The notes under the pieces are model-generated. The model saw only the letters and a list, made by a program, of their open reading frames with translations. It was not told the DNA's origin and ran no database searches. Below are positions 48,563-57,390 of a DNA stretch of 64,000 nt, piece by piece. Position numbers and translations under genes: made by a program. The stretch comes from a virus (taxonomy: Duplodnaviria > Caudoviricetes): the IMG/VR virus record IMGVR_UViG_3300020016_000004, positions 1-64,000 of that record. One strand, 5' to 3'. Position 1 is the stretch's first letter, and every line of letters begins with the position of its first letter.

Positions 48563-50509
48563 TCACACAGTCTTGGTTTCATAGTAGGTAACACCTCCCC
48601 GCATGACAAGGGTGGTGGTGGTGATTTTTCTCGGCGGCTTCTTGGGCTTCGGGGCTTCATCGAAGTTCGGACGAGCGGTAAAGAACTGTAGCCACGCATC
48701 CCGTAAATCGCAGTTAACGGACTTTGGCATTAACAACTGTTCTATCAATGGAAGCATCTGTATCGAATGAGCGTACTTGCGCAAGAACATGTTTCCTTGC
48801 TTATGTTGGAAGTCTATGAGTTCCGGAGTCCTGTATTGAAACATCTTCTTCTGATCTGTCCATCCTTTACCGGATAAATCTTTTCGCATTGCTATCAATT
48901 CCTTGTGTCCACGTGATATTAAGAAGTTTCCGAAATGAGAGGCATGCGATGCATTGGCCTCAGCATAAAACTTTTCAAAGCCACCAAATTGATTGTAATA
49001 AAGTCCCTGGTTCAACAAATTATAATATGCGCCTTCGATTGTTTTCGGGCGCTCAGAGTACAATAGTACGGGCATGTACGGATCTGAATTGGGATCAAAA
49101 ACCTTTACCACTACGCCAGCAATATTAGACCCCTCTATTCCTCCGGTATCTGTGTCGGTGGCTACACCGTCAGCTAAGTGAACGTATATACATCCTTGTT
49201 TCGGCGGTTCAAGCATCCACACCTTCCCTTGTTGATTGGGGTTTGCTGTGATAGCGCCATTCAGATTTACAATACTGAATTTACCTAAAGGAACATCGGC
49301 ATTCAATATTGCTGTCTTTTGCTGTTTTAATATTTCTACTACATCGTCTTCCCAACACAACCCCCCAGCCGATGAACCAAATGCCTCATCAACAGTTTCG
49401 GGATACTGTCTTTTAATTTTCATCTGTCCAGATGCGGTAGCAAAATCAAGTTCGTTTTTTCTAAATGATTTTGCTTCATCAATCTTAGAGTTTCCGTACT
49501 CATCAATAAAGTCCTCTCGCCCCTCATATTGTGGATTGAAGTATCGGTAAAGCCAACTTTGTGTTCTTCCGTTGGCATCCCTCATCGAAGGGTCCGATTC
49601 GTTCCATATTTGGAAAAACATAGGTGCTCCTTTTGGAGTCATGGATTCAAGTGTCGCCGGAAGGAATATCTTCCCGAAAGCGCGTTTACCAATTTGAAGC
49701 TGTTGTTTGATTGTTGACAACGCCTCGATGATATCCATCTCCTCGATAGTTCCAGGCTCATCAATATACACCCCCCTTGGTCGCTTTCCCTGATATGCAG
49801 ATGGCAATGTAGGCCTGTGGTCAATCACATTATTCAAACCACCCTGATACTTTGATCCATCTTTTTCTCCGATAAAAGTAAGTTTCGATGTAATCTCTTT
49901 TCTTCCTTTTGAATCATTGCTGGTTGGCTTTAAATAGTCGGGGATGCGGCGATGTGACCTAATTATCCTTCCAACGAACAGGTTGTTTTTTGCTTCCGTT
50001 GCATTTAGTGATTGTAGTCCAAAAAGACAATCATTCTCAATAAGAGTTGCTAAATTATAAATGTGCGCTAATGCAAATTCCGTTTTTGAAAATCGTTTTG
50101 CAGACAACATGATTGCGCCAAAACAAAGGTTGTCCTTCTCGCATAGATCCACAAAATATGCCCACTTGGTTTGTGCATACCGATAATCAGGCATACCATC
50201 AGGGGTAATGGCAGCCATATACCAATAATTAAGATAAAAATAGTGTGATCCTGTTATGTAGGTCGGTACGCCGTTGTTAAAAAACCAGTATCCCTCTACT
50301 CTTCTTGTGAGTTCGGTGGTTATTATTTCGAGTTGCGATTCCCTTCTGAGTTTTTTAAATTCATCGTCAGTAAGAAAATTCTGCTTCTGAAATTTTTGCT
50401 TTTTTGAAGAAATCTCATATCCTGCAATTAATTTTTCGTCAGGCAGTTTTGGAAGCCGATAAACCAGTCCGTCATCACTCAGGGATACTTCCTTTTTAAA
50501 CCTTGCCAT
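48563..50509 (-). CDS. terL: Terminase large subunit
   Basis: GYWFFNNGVPTYITGSHYFYL, AKRFSKT (Walker A-like), VYIDEPG (Walker B), C-terminal nuclease region. Confidence 0.88.
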   Translation of the reverse strand: MARFKKEVSLSDDGLVYRLPKLPDEKLIAGYEISSKKQKFQKQNFLTDDEFKKLRRESQLEIITTELTRRVEGYWFFNNGVPTYITGSHYFYLNYWYMAAITPDGMPDYRYAQTKWAYFVDLCEKDNLCFGAIMLSAKRFSKTEFALAHIYNLATLIENDCLFGLQSLNATEAKNNLFVGRIIRSHRRIPDYLKPTSNDSKGRKEITSKLTFIGEKDGSKYQGGLNNVIDHRPTLPSAYQGKRPRGVYIDEPGTIEEMDIIEALSTIKQQLQIGKRAFGKIFLPATLESMTPKGAPMFFQIWNESDPSMRDANGRTQSWLYRYFNPQYEGREDFIDEYGNSKIDEAKSFRKNELDFATASGQMKIKRQYPETVDEAFGSSAGGLCWEDDVVEILKQQKTAILNADVPLGKFSIVNLNGAITANPNQQGKVWMLEPPKQGCIYVHLADGVATDTDTGGIEGSNIAGVVVKVFDPNSDPYMPVLLYSERPKTIEGAYYNLLNQGLYYNQFGGFEKFYAEANASHASHFGNFLISRGHKELIAMRKDLSGKGWTDQKKMFQYRTPELIDFQHKQGNMFLRKYAHSIQMLPLIEQLLMPKSVNCDLRDAWLQFFTARPNFDEAPKPKKPPRKITTTTLVMRGGVTYYETKTV

Positions 50510-50801
50510 TCTTGTTCTTTATTGCCAATCTTGCTTCATCAATTAAATCAACACCAGGTTCTCTTGTTTCTTCTGATTGCAGTGTTACAGATGCAGCCTC
50601 CTTTTTTGTACGACCAGTTTTTACCGCTGGCGGCAGATTAATGTTTATTAGTTCGGAAAGTTTGTATAGCCTGTCATAGTCCTTCATCGGTGTTTTTATG
50701 GCTTCGCGTATGAGTGAGGCGATATAATGACGGAATTCTTCCTTTGCCTTTACAATGTCATCTGTACCACTTACTTTTTCTTCAATAGGTTGATCTACCA
50801 C
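50496..50801 (-). CDS. Hypothetical; terminase small subunit candidate
   Basis: Position only. Confidence 0.4.
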   Translation of the reverse strand: MVDQPIEEKVSGTDDIVKAKEEFRHYIASLIREAIKTPMKDYDRLYKLSELININLPPAVKTGRTKKEAASVTLQSEETREPGVDLIDEARLAIKNKNGKV

Positions 50802-50811
50802 TGTTCTCGTT

Positions 50812-51345
50812 TTATTTAAAATTCAAATTTGCAAATTCGCCATGATGCTTTTTTGCAGCCTCATCATATAGCTTTGCTGCACCAATTTCATCTTTTCTAT
50901 ACCCGAGCGTCTTGGTTTTCCCGCCAACGCGAATCAGCGCCCTCCATCCACCTGTCTGTGCAGCTCTCGACACACCCAAATATGAAGATGCTGCGTTCTT
51001 TTGAGACTTCCTGTTGACTTGGTTTTGGCTATGGGTTGATTCGCGTAAATTGCTTCTTCGATCATTGAGCCCATCGTGATCTATGTGATCAACTTGAATT
51101 GATTTTTCGGTTATTCCCATTATTAACCTGTGAGCAAGAAGCGTATGGTGTCTCTTGGTTCCCAGAATCCCCACATTTGTTGCAGCGTAAAAAGTATATC
51201 TGCCTTTCAGCAAATACCATGTGTGCTTATTAACTAATTCAAAATCCTGCTCATCCACCACAAGGTATTTTACACCATATTTGGCAGAAGTGATTTTTAT
51301 CTCACGAAACGCATGTATTCCTTTTACTTCAGTAGGTTCTACCAT
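50812..51345 (-). CDS. HNH homing endonuclease with AP2 domain
   Basis: VDHIDHDGLNDRRSNLR, AAKLYDEAAKKHHGEFANLN. Confidence 0.9.
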   Translation of the reverse strand: MVEPTEVKGIHAFREIKITSAKYGVKYLVVDEQDFELVNKHTWYLLKGRYTFYAATNVGILGTKRHHTLLAHRLIMGITEKSIQVDHIDHDGLNDRRSNLRESTHSQNQVNRKSQKNAASSYLGVSRAAQTGGWRALIRVGGKTKTLGYRKDEIGAAKLYDEAAKKHHGEFANLNFK

Positions 51346-51707
51346 TCTTTTAATCCTCCAATTGGTTTGTCGTCAAATGAATTTTTGTCGGCGGATTGAG
51401 AAGAAACATTAAATGAATTGTAATCATTAGTTTTTTTATCAATCGCATCAGAAAGAATCGCATTAATCAATCGTTTCCATATTTCGTTTTTGTCAAATTT
51501 ACCCCACCAAGATTCACGATACACCACAACACCATTAAATGTGGCTGAAATTTCTCCCTCCTTCTCGCTGACGACCACAGAATATTTACTGTGATTCATG
51601 AAAAGCTGATCAAAGATTTTTCTGTAATCTATTGCTTCTTCAGGCATGACAGTTATCCCATAGGTTTTTAATTCGTGAATCATTTCTTTAGCAGTGCGCT
51701 CCACCAT
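51339..51707 (-). CDS. Hypothetical protein
   Basis: ORF track. Confidence 0.6.
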   Translation of the reverse strand: MVERTAKEMIHELKTYGITVMPEEAIDYRKIFDQLFMNHSKYSVVVSEKEGEISATFNGVVVYRESWWGKFDKNEIWKRLINAILSDAIDKKTNDYNSFNVSSQSADKNSFDDKPIGGLKEW

Positions 51708-52684
51708 TTTTTTCTGTTCTCGTTTAAAACTTTTAAATCGTAATCATTCTTCACGCAAAGATATGCGTTCTCGGCGGATGCAGGAGATTTCAGTGCAAGG
51801 TCAATGGTATTTATCCAATGTTTGATTCGCTCTTTGTGAACCAAATAATTTCCTCCGTGTGATTTTTCGTTGAAGCGAATGAAGGGCGAAACCATTGAAC
51901 AAACAGTGGGTACTTCCCATACGGAAGACTCAAGTACCTTGATTTCAGATTTTGAATTATTAAATTTATTATCGGGCAACGGGCAGAGAAACACATCGCA
52001 TGCTGCCGGGAATTCAAGTGCTATGTTCCTATCCTGCCAGCCGATGCAAACGATGTTCTTCTGACCAGTGAGCCCGAGAATATTTAAGAAGTCAATATTG
52101 GAGGCGATAGCGAAAGTTATATTTCCTCTCTGCAAAAGTTCTTTCATCGCCGGACGAATGAGCGCCAAAGAATCTACATGGGATGGTGTGCCCTGCCAGC
52201 CAATAATTTTATTTCCTTCCGGAATCTTATGCTCCCGCCGAAACTCATCCCTTATCCTTTCCTTTTCATCGAGTCTGTAATTATCGAAGTTGATACTATT
52301 TAAAAATACTTCTGTCTTGGTAGGATATGGAAGTGCTTTTTTTAACTGAGGAGTTGAAACATGAATGTAGTCGGCGAGTCGAAGACATTCTTTGAAAACA
52401 GGAAGTCCGTTCTTTTGTTTCAATTCTTCATAGACGGGGTTGGAGAAAGGGAGATTGAAAAGGTCGTCGTCCGTGTCAACTACGAGTACTCCGCCATCAC
52501 TCTGAAATTGCTGAATGAATGGAATGAGCGTTTTGTCAATAGGCTGATGAAGTACAATAGCATCGTATTTTTCATCCTGATTCATTTCGGGCGAAATGAA
52601 AAGAAACTCTATACCGTCAATCTTCAAATTTGAATACGGCTCGAATGTGCGATACGAATTACCCGATGTTATTAATACTTTCAT
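51680..52684 (-). CDS. GT-B (GT4-like) glycosyltransferase
   Basis: VDTDDDLF, IIGWQGTPSH, PL.DNKFNNSKSEIKVLE. Confidence 0.85.
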   Translation of the reverse strand: MKVLITSGNSYRTFEPYSNLKIDGIEFLFISPEMNQDEKYDAIVLHQPIDKTLIPFIQQFQSDGGVLVVDTDDDLFNLPFSNPVYEELKQKNGLPVFKECLRLADYIHVSTPQLKKALPYPTKTEVFLNSINFDNYRLDEKERIRDEFRREHKIPEGNKIIGWQGTPSHVDSLALIRPAMKELLQRGNITFAIASNIDFLNILGLTGQKNIVCIGWQDRNIALEFPAACDVFLCPLPDNKFNNSKSEIKVLESSVWEVPTVCSMVSPFIRFNEKSHGGNYLVHKERIKHWINTIDLALKSPASAENAYLCVKNDYDLKVLNENRKKWWSALLKK

Positions 52685-53181
52685 GTTACTTTTAACTCAG
52701 GATGCTGTTCAATAAATTGTTCCCATCCACCGATAGGAAGGAATGGAACTTTTGCTGTGCGGAAGAATGTAGGTATGCCATGTGCTATATCAGCGTTTTC
52801 CATACGTGATATAATTTCAGAACAAAATTCTTTGTCGGCGGCAAAATTAGAATCCATGATTCCTGCTATTTCAAATTCCTCTCCGATCCGCCGAAGAAAC
52901 CAATTCACCGTGTTCACATAGCTTACCTCTGCTTTTGTTTCTATAAGTATAATCTGCTTTCCTAAATCTTTGTTTTTTTTGAAAGTATTTATGTAATGTG
53001 CTACTCTTGAACAGTTGTCGAATACGAAGATCGCTCCACAGTCAGATGCAAGCAGTGCTTCAAAGGAGGCGTGAAAAATTTCCATTGGCTTACTGTCAAT
53101 GGGGGCTGTGGATGAAAATCTATTCTCATCTTTGGGTATCGCCGAAAGGAAAAGAATCGGTATGGAGCGGACTACGTTCAT
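52681..53181 (-). CDS. Possible short/degenerate GT-A-like protein
   Basis: VFDNCS, AGIMDSNF; inside sugar cluster. Confidence 0.4.
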   Translation of the reverse strand: MNVVRSIPILFLSAIPKDENRFSSTAPIDSKPMEIFHASFEALLASDCGAIFVFDNCSRVAHYINTFKKNKDLGKQIILIETKAEVSYVNTVNWFLRRIGEEFEIAGIMDSNFAADKEFCSEIISRMENADIAHGIPTFFRTAKVPFLPIGGWEQFIEQHPELKVT

Positions 53182-53447
53182 CAGAAACCTTTTTTAATTG
53201 CATATATCAGTGAATTAAATTGCTCTGGCGACAGCCTTATCGTTGCCGGAACCATTGAATTTTTCTCAAGTGGTTCTTCAAGAATCAACTCACCTCCATC
53301 AACACGGTATGGTCGTAGTACATCTTGTTCTGATGCCTCAGCAAAGAACAGGCAGTACTTGTTTTCTGCCTCATCGAAATAGAATTTTACTTGCATAATT
53401 ATGTGGTTATATTGTTTTTTGCCATTCAATCGTTTTAAGAATACCAA
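53181..53447 (-). CDS. Hypothetical protein
   Basis: ORF track. Confidence 0.55.
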   Translation of the reverse strand: MVFLKRLNGKKQYNHIIMQVKFYFDEAENKYCLFFAEASEQDVLRPYRVDGGELILEEPLEKNSMVPATIRLSPEQFNSLIYAIKKGF

Positions 53448-54300
53448 GTTTAATATTTGTTTTCGGCGACCAGCCGAGAATCTTTTCAGCCTTTGAAATA
53501 TCTAAACACCTCCTGTTAATACCATCAATACTTCTCTTTGGAATCATCTGTATGGAATGGGGCCTGTCGAGTGCCGAACAAATCATTTTAGAAAGATCAA
53601 TAATTGAGGTCTCTATTCCTGTTGCAATGTTGTACTCATCATTCATTGCCGGTAGTTCAATGCACCTCATCACAGCATCCACTACATCTTCAACGTAGGT
53701 GAAGTCTCTTGTCTGCTTACCGTCACCTATTATTTTTATAGATTCTCCTTTGATCGCCGAATGAATCATCTTCCCAACAACACCACAATATTCTGATGAC
53801 GGTCGCTGATTAATCCCCGTGACATTGCTTAAACGAATCGTTGTATAATTTCCACGCTCTTGCAGATACATCTCAGAAATTCTTTTCGACGTATCATAAG
53901 AGTTGACACAATGGATTTTTGCGTGTTCGGGAGTTGGTATTTCTTCGGCGGAATTGTAAACTGAAGCCGTCGAAGTAAAAATTATTTTTCCGCGAAACTT
54001 CTGAAATAAATTTATTGCATGTAAGGCATTGTTAGAAAAAGTTTCTGTCTCATGGGTTTGAGCGTAAATGATGTTTGAAACAGCGCAATGTACAAGTACA
54101 TCAAAGTCGTTCAAAAATCTTGCACCAGCTTCATTGAAATCCTTGTCCATCCACGCCAAACCTTCTGGAATATTCTCTCTGCTTCCAAAAGATAAATTAT
54201 CTATTCCATAGACATCTATGCCAAGATCAATCAGTCGTGCGCAAATTCTACTCCCTACGAAACCCACACAACCAGTTACAAGGCACTTTGTTTTATACAT
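53407..54300 (-). CDS. NAD-dependent nucleotide-sugar epimerase/dehydratase
   Basis: TGCVGFVGS, YDTSK (YxxxK), GDGKQTRDFTYVEDVV. Confidence 0.93.
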   Translation of the reverse strand: MYKTKCLVTGCVGFVGSRICARLIDLGIDVYGIDNLSFGSRENIPEGLAWMDKDFNEAGARFLNDFDVLVHCAVSNIIYAQTHETETFSNNALHAINLFQKFRGKIIFTSTASVYNSAEEIPTPEHAKIHCVNSYDTSKRISEMYLQERGNYTTIRLSNVTGINQRPSSEYCGVVGKMIHSAIKGESIKIIGDGKQTRDFTYVEDVVDAVMRCIELPAMNDEYNIATGIETSIIDLSKMICSALDRPHSIQMIPKRSIDGINRRCLDISKAEKILGWSPKTNIKLGILKTIEWQKTI

Positions 54301-55123
54301 ACGCTCGTTTCTCCCAGTTTTTATGTTCGTTTGCATGACACTTTGCGCACAAGGACTCCCAATCAGAAATATCTCTTTTATATAAATGGCTTTTGTTATG
54401 CCACTGAAATCTTTTAGATTCTAATGCGCCGCATCTTTCACATGAAGACGCTTTCCCAAGTTGCCTATAAACCCAACCGTGGATCGCCTCGTACCCAACA
54501 TCGTCCCCTTTCCATAGCGGATGGTGTTCTCCCGATCTTTCAGGAAACTTCTTATCTTTATTCCATGATCGCTGACCACTCTTAAACTCAGTGAACACAC
54601 CCCGTCGTTCCCCGCCCTTTATACTTCCTTTATTTGGTTTACAAATTCCCGTTCCACCGAGCCCATTATTCCACGGCAAATTATTCTTTTTAAACCAGCC
54701 AGAATTTTCTTTATGCTTTGTGTATCCGTGGGTTTTTGAGCGAATCATATACTTGTAGCCGCACACCCTGCTACAACACTTGTCCTTCCCTTGCTCCAAC
54801 CTCCACTTTTTGGCTTCAAATGCTTTCCCGCATGGACAGGTTTTTGTTATTGTACTTTCCGGCTTCGGCCTTCTCTTGTTTTTGTACAAGACCGAACACC
54901 CCATACTACAAAATTTAGAAAATCTTTTTCCATAATTTTTTGGAACAAACACTTTTCCGCACCCACATATTTTATTTTTCATATCAAATAAATAGCGCCC
55001 CGATTGAAGATGGCTATTACCAACCCAATGAAGGAGAGATACATCTTCGCACGAGGCGTTTAAAGTTTTTGTTTGGGAACATTGAATTAGCAATAGCGTT
55101 ACAAATATAAAAATTGTTTTCAT
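54293..55123 (-). CDS. HNH endonuclease with Cys-rich and NUMOD3-like repeats; homologous part starts at Met 54982
   Basis: CSRVC, PWNNG, SWNKD, Y.AIHGWVYRQLGKA..C..C, LCAKCH. Confidence 0.85.
   Translation of the reverse strand: MKTIFIFVTLLLIQCSQTKTLNASCEDVSLLHWVGNSHLQSGRYLFDMKNKICGCGKVFVPKNYGKRFSKFCSMGCSVLYKNKRRPKPESTITKTCPCGKAFEAKKWRLEQGKDKCCSRVCGYKYMIRSKTHGYTKHKENSGWFKKNNLPWNNGLGGTGICKPNKGSIKGGERRGVFTEFKSGQRSWNKDKKFPERSGEHHPLWKGDDVGYEAIHGWVYRQLGKASSCERCGALESKRFQWHNKSHLYKRDISDWESLCAKCHANEHKNWEKRAYV
54983..55109 (-). promoter_or_regulatory. Structured leader: TATATTTG promoter + interleaved stems A (18 bp) and B (6+7 bp)
   Basis: Pairings read directly; see findings. Confidence 0.75.
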
Positions 55124-55890
55124 ATCGAACGTTTCATTTGTAAATATTCATCAAAATAAATCTGCGGCTTTCCTTCCATTGAAAAAATAATGTAGTCTTT
55201 ATATGCCCGGTAAACTTTTCCGATGTTGGTATGCTCCACTTTTATATCGGGAATAATAGCCCAATCGTACCCATGATCTTTGAAATCCTGAATCATCATT
55301 TCTATGTGACCGTATATTGTTGCTGTCGGCGGATATGGAAGTTCCCTGTTAATTTTATTCAGGAACGCTCCATTGAAAGCAATCTGAGCCCAATTTACAA
55401 CACCCTTCATGCGCCAAACGACAATATCATTGAATAATTCTTTAGTATAAAAATCTTCCTTTATTGTTTCGATGACACCTACCTGGGCCAATGATGCAAG
55501 AGCAAAATTAGAATTGCGACAAACTCTCGTCATCGCATTCACCCATCCATTATCCAAAACCACTTCATCCGGATCGCAACCGATAATTACATCGGAGTCG
55601 TCTGGCTGAATTATATCTATTGCCCGCGACCAATTTTGCTGAACGCCAACGTTATCTATTTTCAAATAGTGAGATCCATAAAGCCAACAGAGTTTTTTTA
55701 ATTTCTCGGTATTATTTTTTTTCGCCGACTCAATATCCTCCGGAATAACATCTCCTTCTTCCAACGGAAAGCCTAAATCGAAAACGTAGTGAGTGAAATC
55801 AACTTTGTTTTGTGCATACAGCCTTTCTACCGCACCAGTTACCTGATCAGGGGTATTGAAGGCAAGGGTGACGCAACTTACAGAATTCAT
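55120..55890 (-). CDS. GT-A (GT2-like) glycosyltransferase
   Basis: IGCDPDEV DxD motif, NVGVQQNW. Confidence 0.72.
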   Translation of the reverse strand: MNSVSCVTLAFNTPDQVTGAVERLYAQNKVDFTHYVFDLGFPLEEGDVIPEDIESAKKNNTEKLKKLCWLYGSHYLKIDNVGVQQNWSRAIDIIQPDDSDVIIGCDPDEVVLDNGWVNAMTRVCRNSNFALASLAQVGVIETIKEDFYTKELFNDIVVWRMKGVVNWAQIAFNGAFLNKINRELPYPPTATIYGHIEMMIQDFKDHGYDWAIIPDIKVEHTNIGKVYRAYKDYIIFSMEGKPQIYFDEYLQMKRSI

Positions 55891-55902
55891 ATTTGTGCTT
55901 GA

Positions 55903-56670
55903 TTAATTGTTGTGCTTATTTTCACATATAATTCTTTCAACATTCCATCCTCTATACATTCTGGACCTAAACAATACAATGTCCACATTATACTTTTTAG
56001 CCATGTCTTTTGGAGACAACTTTTCTCCTTCATATTCTAATAATACGTTGTTTCTTCTATTGTATGCCTGTTGTATAACGGTTGCCCACCGACAATTTGA
56101 TGGTTCATAATTTCCATTATTATTTATACGGTCTATTTCAAGGCTTTCTGAATAACCATTTGAGATGGACCAATTATAAAAGGAAACAAAACTGTTGTCC
56201 CACTCCTTGCATATAGATATTCCTCTCCCACCATAATTTTTATACGAATCCAGTTTTCCGTTCTTACATCGTTGCCTCATTCCATTCCAAATATAATACA
56301 GACGATGCCTTCTTTTCCCATGCTTGTATCCATTAGATTCGTCTCCATATCTCGGGCAACCACACGAAGTGCTCATTCCCTTTATCAAGGTATAGCTTTG
56401 AATTATTTTTTCATTCCCGCAGTCACACCTACATAAAAAGTATTTGAATCTATCTGCTTCGTGAGAATAATTTAAAACAACCCACTTCCCAAATCTCTTT
56501 CCAGAAATATTGTGATCCCTTAACACCCTCTTCCTTTTTTCCATAACATTAAATAAATGCGCCTCTCGGACAAATGGCTTAGAGTTCGTACCGTGAGGAA
56601 CAAACACATTTGTCGTTGAGGCGTTTAAAAATATTTTTGGAAACATAGTACGATACTCTAAGCGGAACAA
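55903..56670 (-). CDS. HNH-type homing endonuclease; homologous part starts at Met 56544
   Basis: CRCDCGNEK, RLYYIWNGMRQRC, YGGRGISICKEW, IDRINNNGNYEPSNCRWAT. Confidence 0.9.
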   Translation of the reverse strand: MFRLEYRTMFPKIFLNASTTNVFVPHGTNSKPFVREAHLFNVMEKRKRVLRDHNISGKRFGKWVVLNYSHEADRFKYFLCRCDCGNEKIIQSYTLIKGMSTSCGCPRYGDESNGYKHGKRRHRLYYIWNGMRQRCKNGKLDSYKNYGGRGISICKEWDNSFVSFYNWSISNGYSESLEIDRINNNGNYEPSNCRWATVIQQAYNRRNNVLLEYEGEKLSPKDMAKKYNVDIVLFRSRMYRGWNVERIICENKHNN

Positions 56671-56675
56671 ATATA
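56545..56675 (-). promoter_or_regulatory. Structured leader: TATATTTG promoter + interleaved stems A (13 bp, one bulge) and B (6+8 bp)
   Basis: Pairings read directly; see findings. Confidence 0.75.
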
Positions 56676-56676
56676 A

Positions 56677-57390
56677 TTATTTAAACAAACAATGATCCTT
56701 ATATTCTGGATAATTATTAACAAAATCCTCATAGGACTTTTGTCTGTTCAAATAATCAATAAATAGGTTGCATGGCATATAAATTATGGGCTGACCAGAG
56801 AATGCCCACATCTCGGCTTCAAATCTATTGGCAGTGTCCAATTCATCAATCTCAACAAGCGATCTGATATACTCTGAATTAAACATCCACATATTACCAG
56901 ACGAATGTGTCCTATTAGATGGGCTTACCCTTGCAGGAATAATCTTTATCGCACACAAATCATATCCAAGAAACTTCATGTTAAGCGCCTTGTAGTTTTG
57001 CCTCCACTCACCTATCGTCCAGTGCATAAGATAGTCCCTCCAAACCTTTCCAGCATTTTTGTTTGGATCGGTTGGATAGGAACACGCCTTATCGTGGATA
57101 TAAGCACCGTAAAAAAGAGGCGATTCATTGCAAACCTTTTTCAGAATCCTAAGTGTGTGAAATTCATATCGCTTAATATCTATGTGATGGTAAAATTCTG
57201 CCCGATAAACTTTTTCATCGGCGAAAATTTCCTTAACTTTTTCAAGATCGTTTCCCAAAACACCTACATATACAAGATCGCATTCGTTGTAGAATCCTGA
57301 CTTAACAACTTGTTGCAGTTGCTCCCTGACAATATCTTCCCAATGGTTTAGTTGCGCAATGTGAAAGAACATCTTGAATGGTATTTGCAT
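56677..57390 (-). CDS. Putative glycosyltransferase-like protein
   Basis: YEFHTL, YIHDKACS, H.SGNMW..NSEYI, RFEAEMW pattern; in sugar cluster. Confidence 0.55.
   Translation of the reverse strand: MQIPFKMFFHIAQLNHWEDIVREQLQQVVKSGFYNECDLVYVGVLGNDLEKVKEIFADEKVYRAEFYHHIDIKRYEFHTLRILKKVCNESPLFYGAYIHDKACSYPTDPNKNAGKVWRDYLMHWTIGEWRQNYKALNMKFLGYDLCAIKIIPARVSPSNRTHSSGNMWMFNSEYIRSLVEIDELDTANRFEAEMWAFSGQPIIYMPCNLFIDYLNRQKSYEDFVNNYPEYKDHCLFK

Noticed and set aside
48563-50509. Inactivated terminase because Walker A reads AKRFSKT
   Set aside because: Walker B and nuclease regions are intact and terminase Walker A motifs are variable
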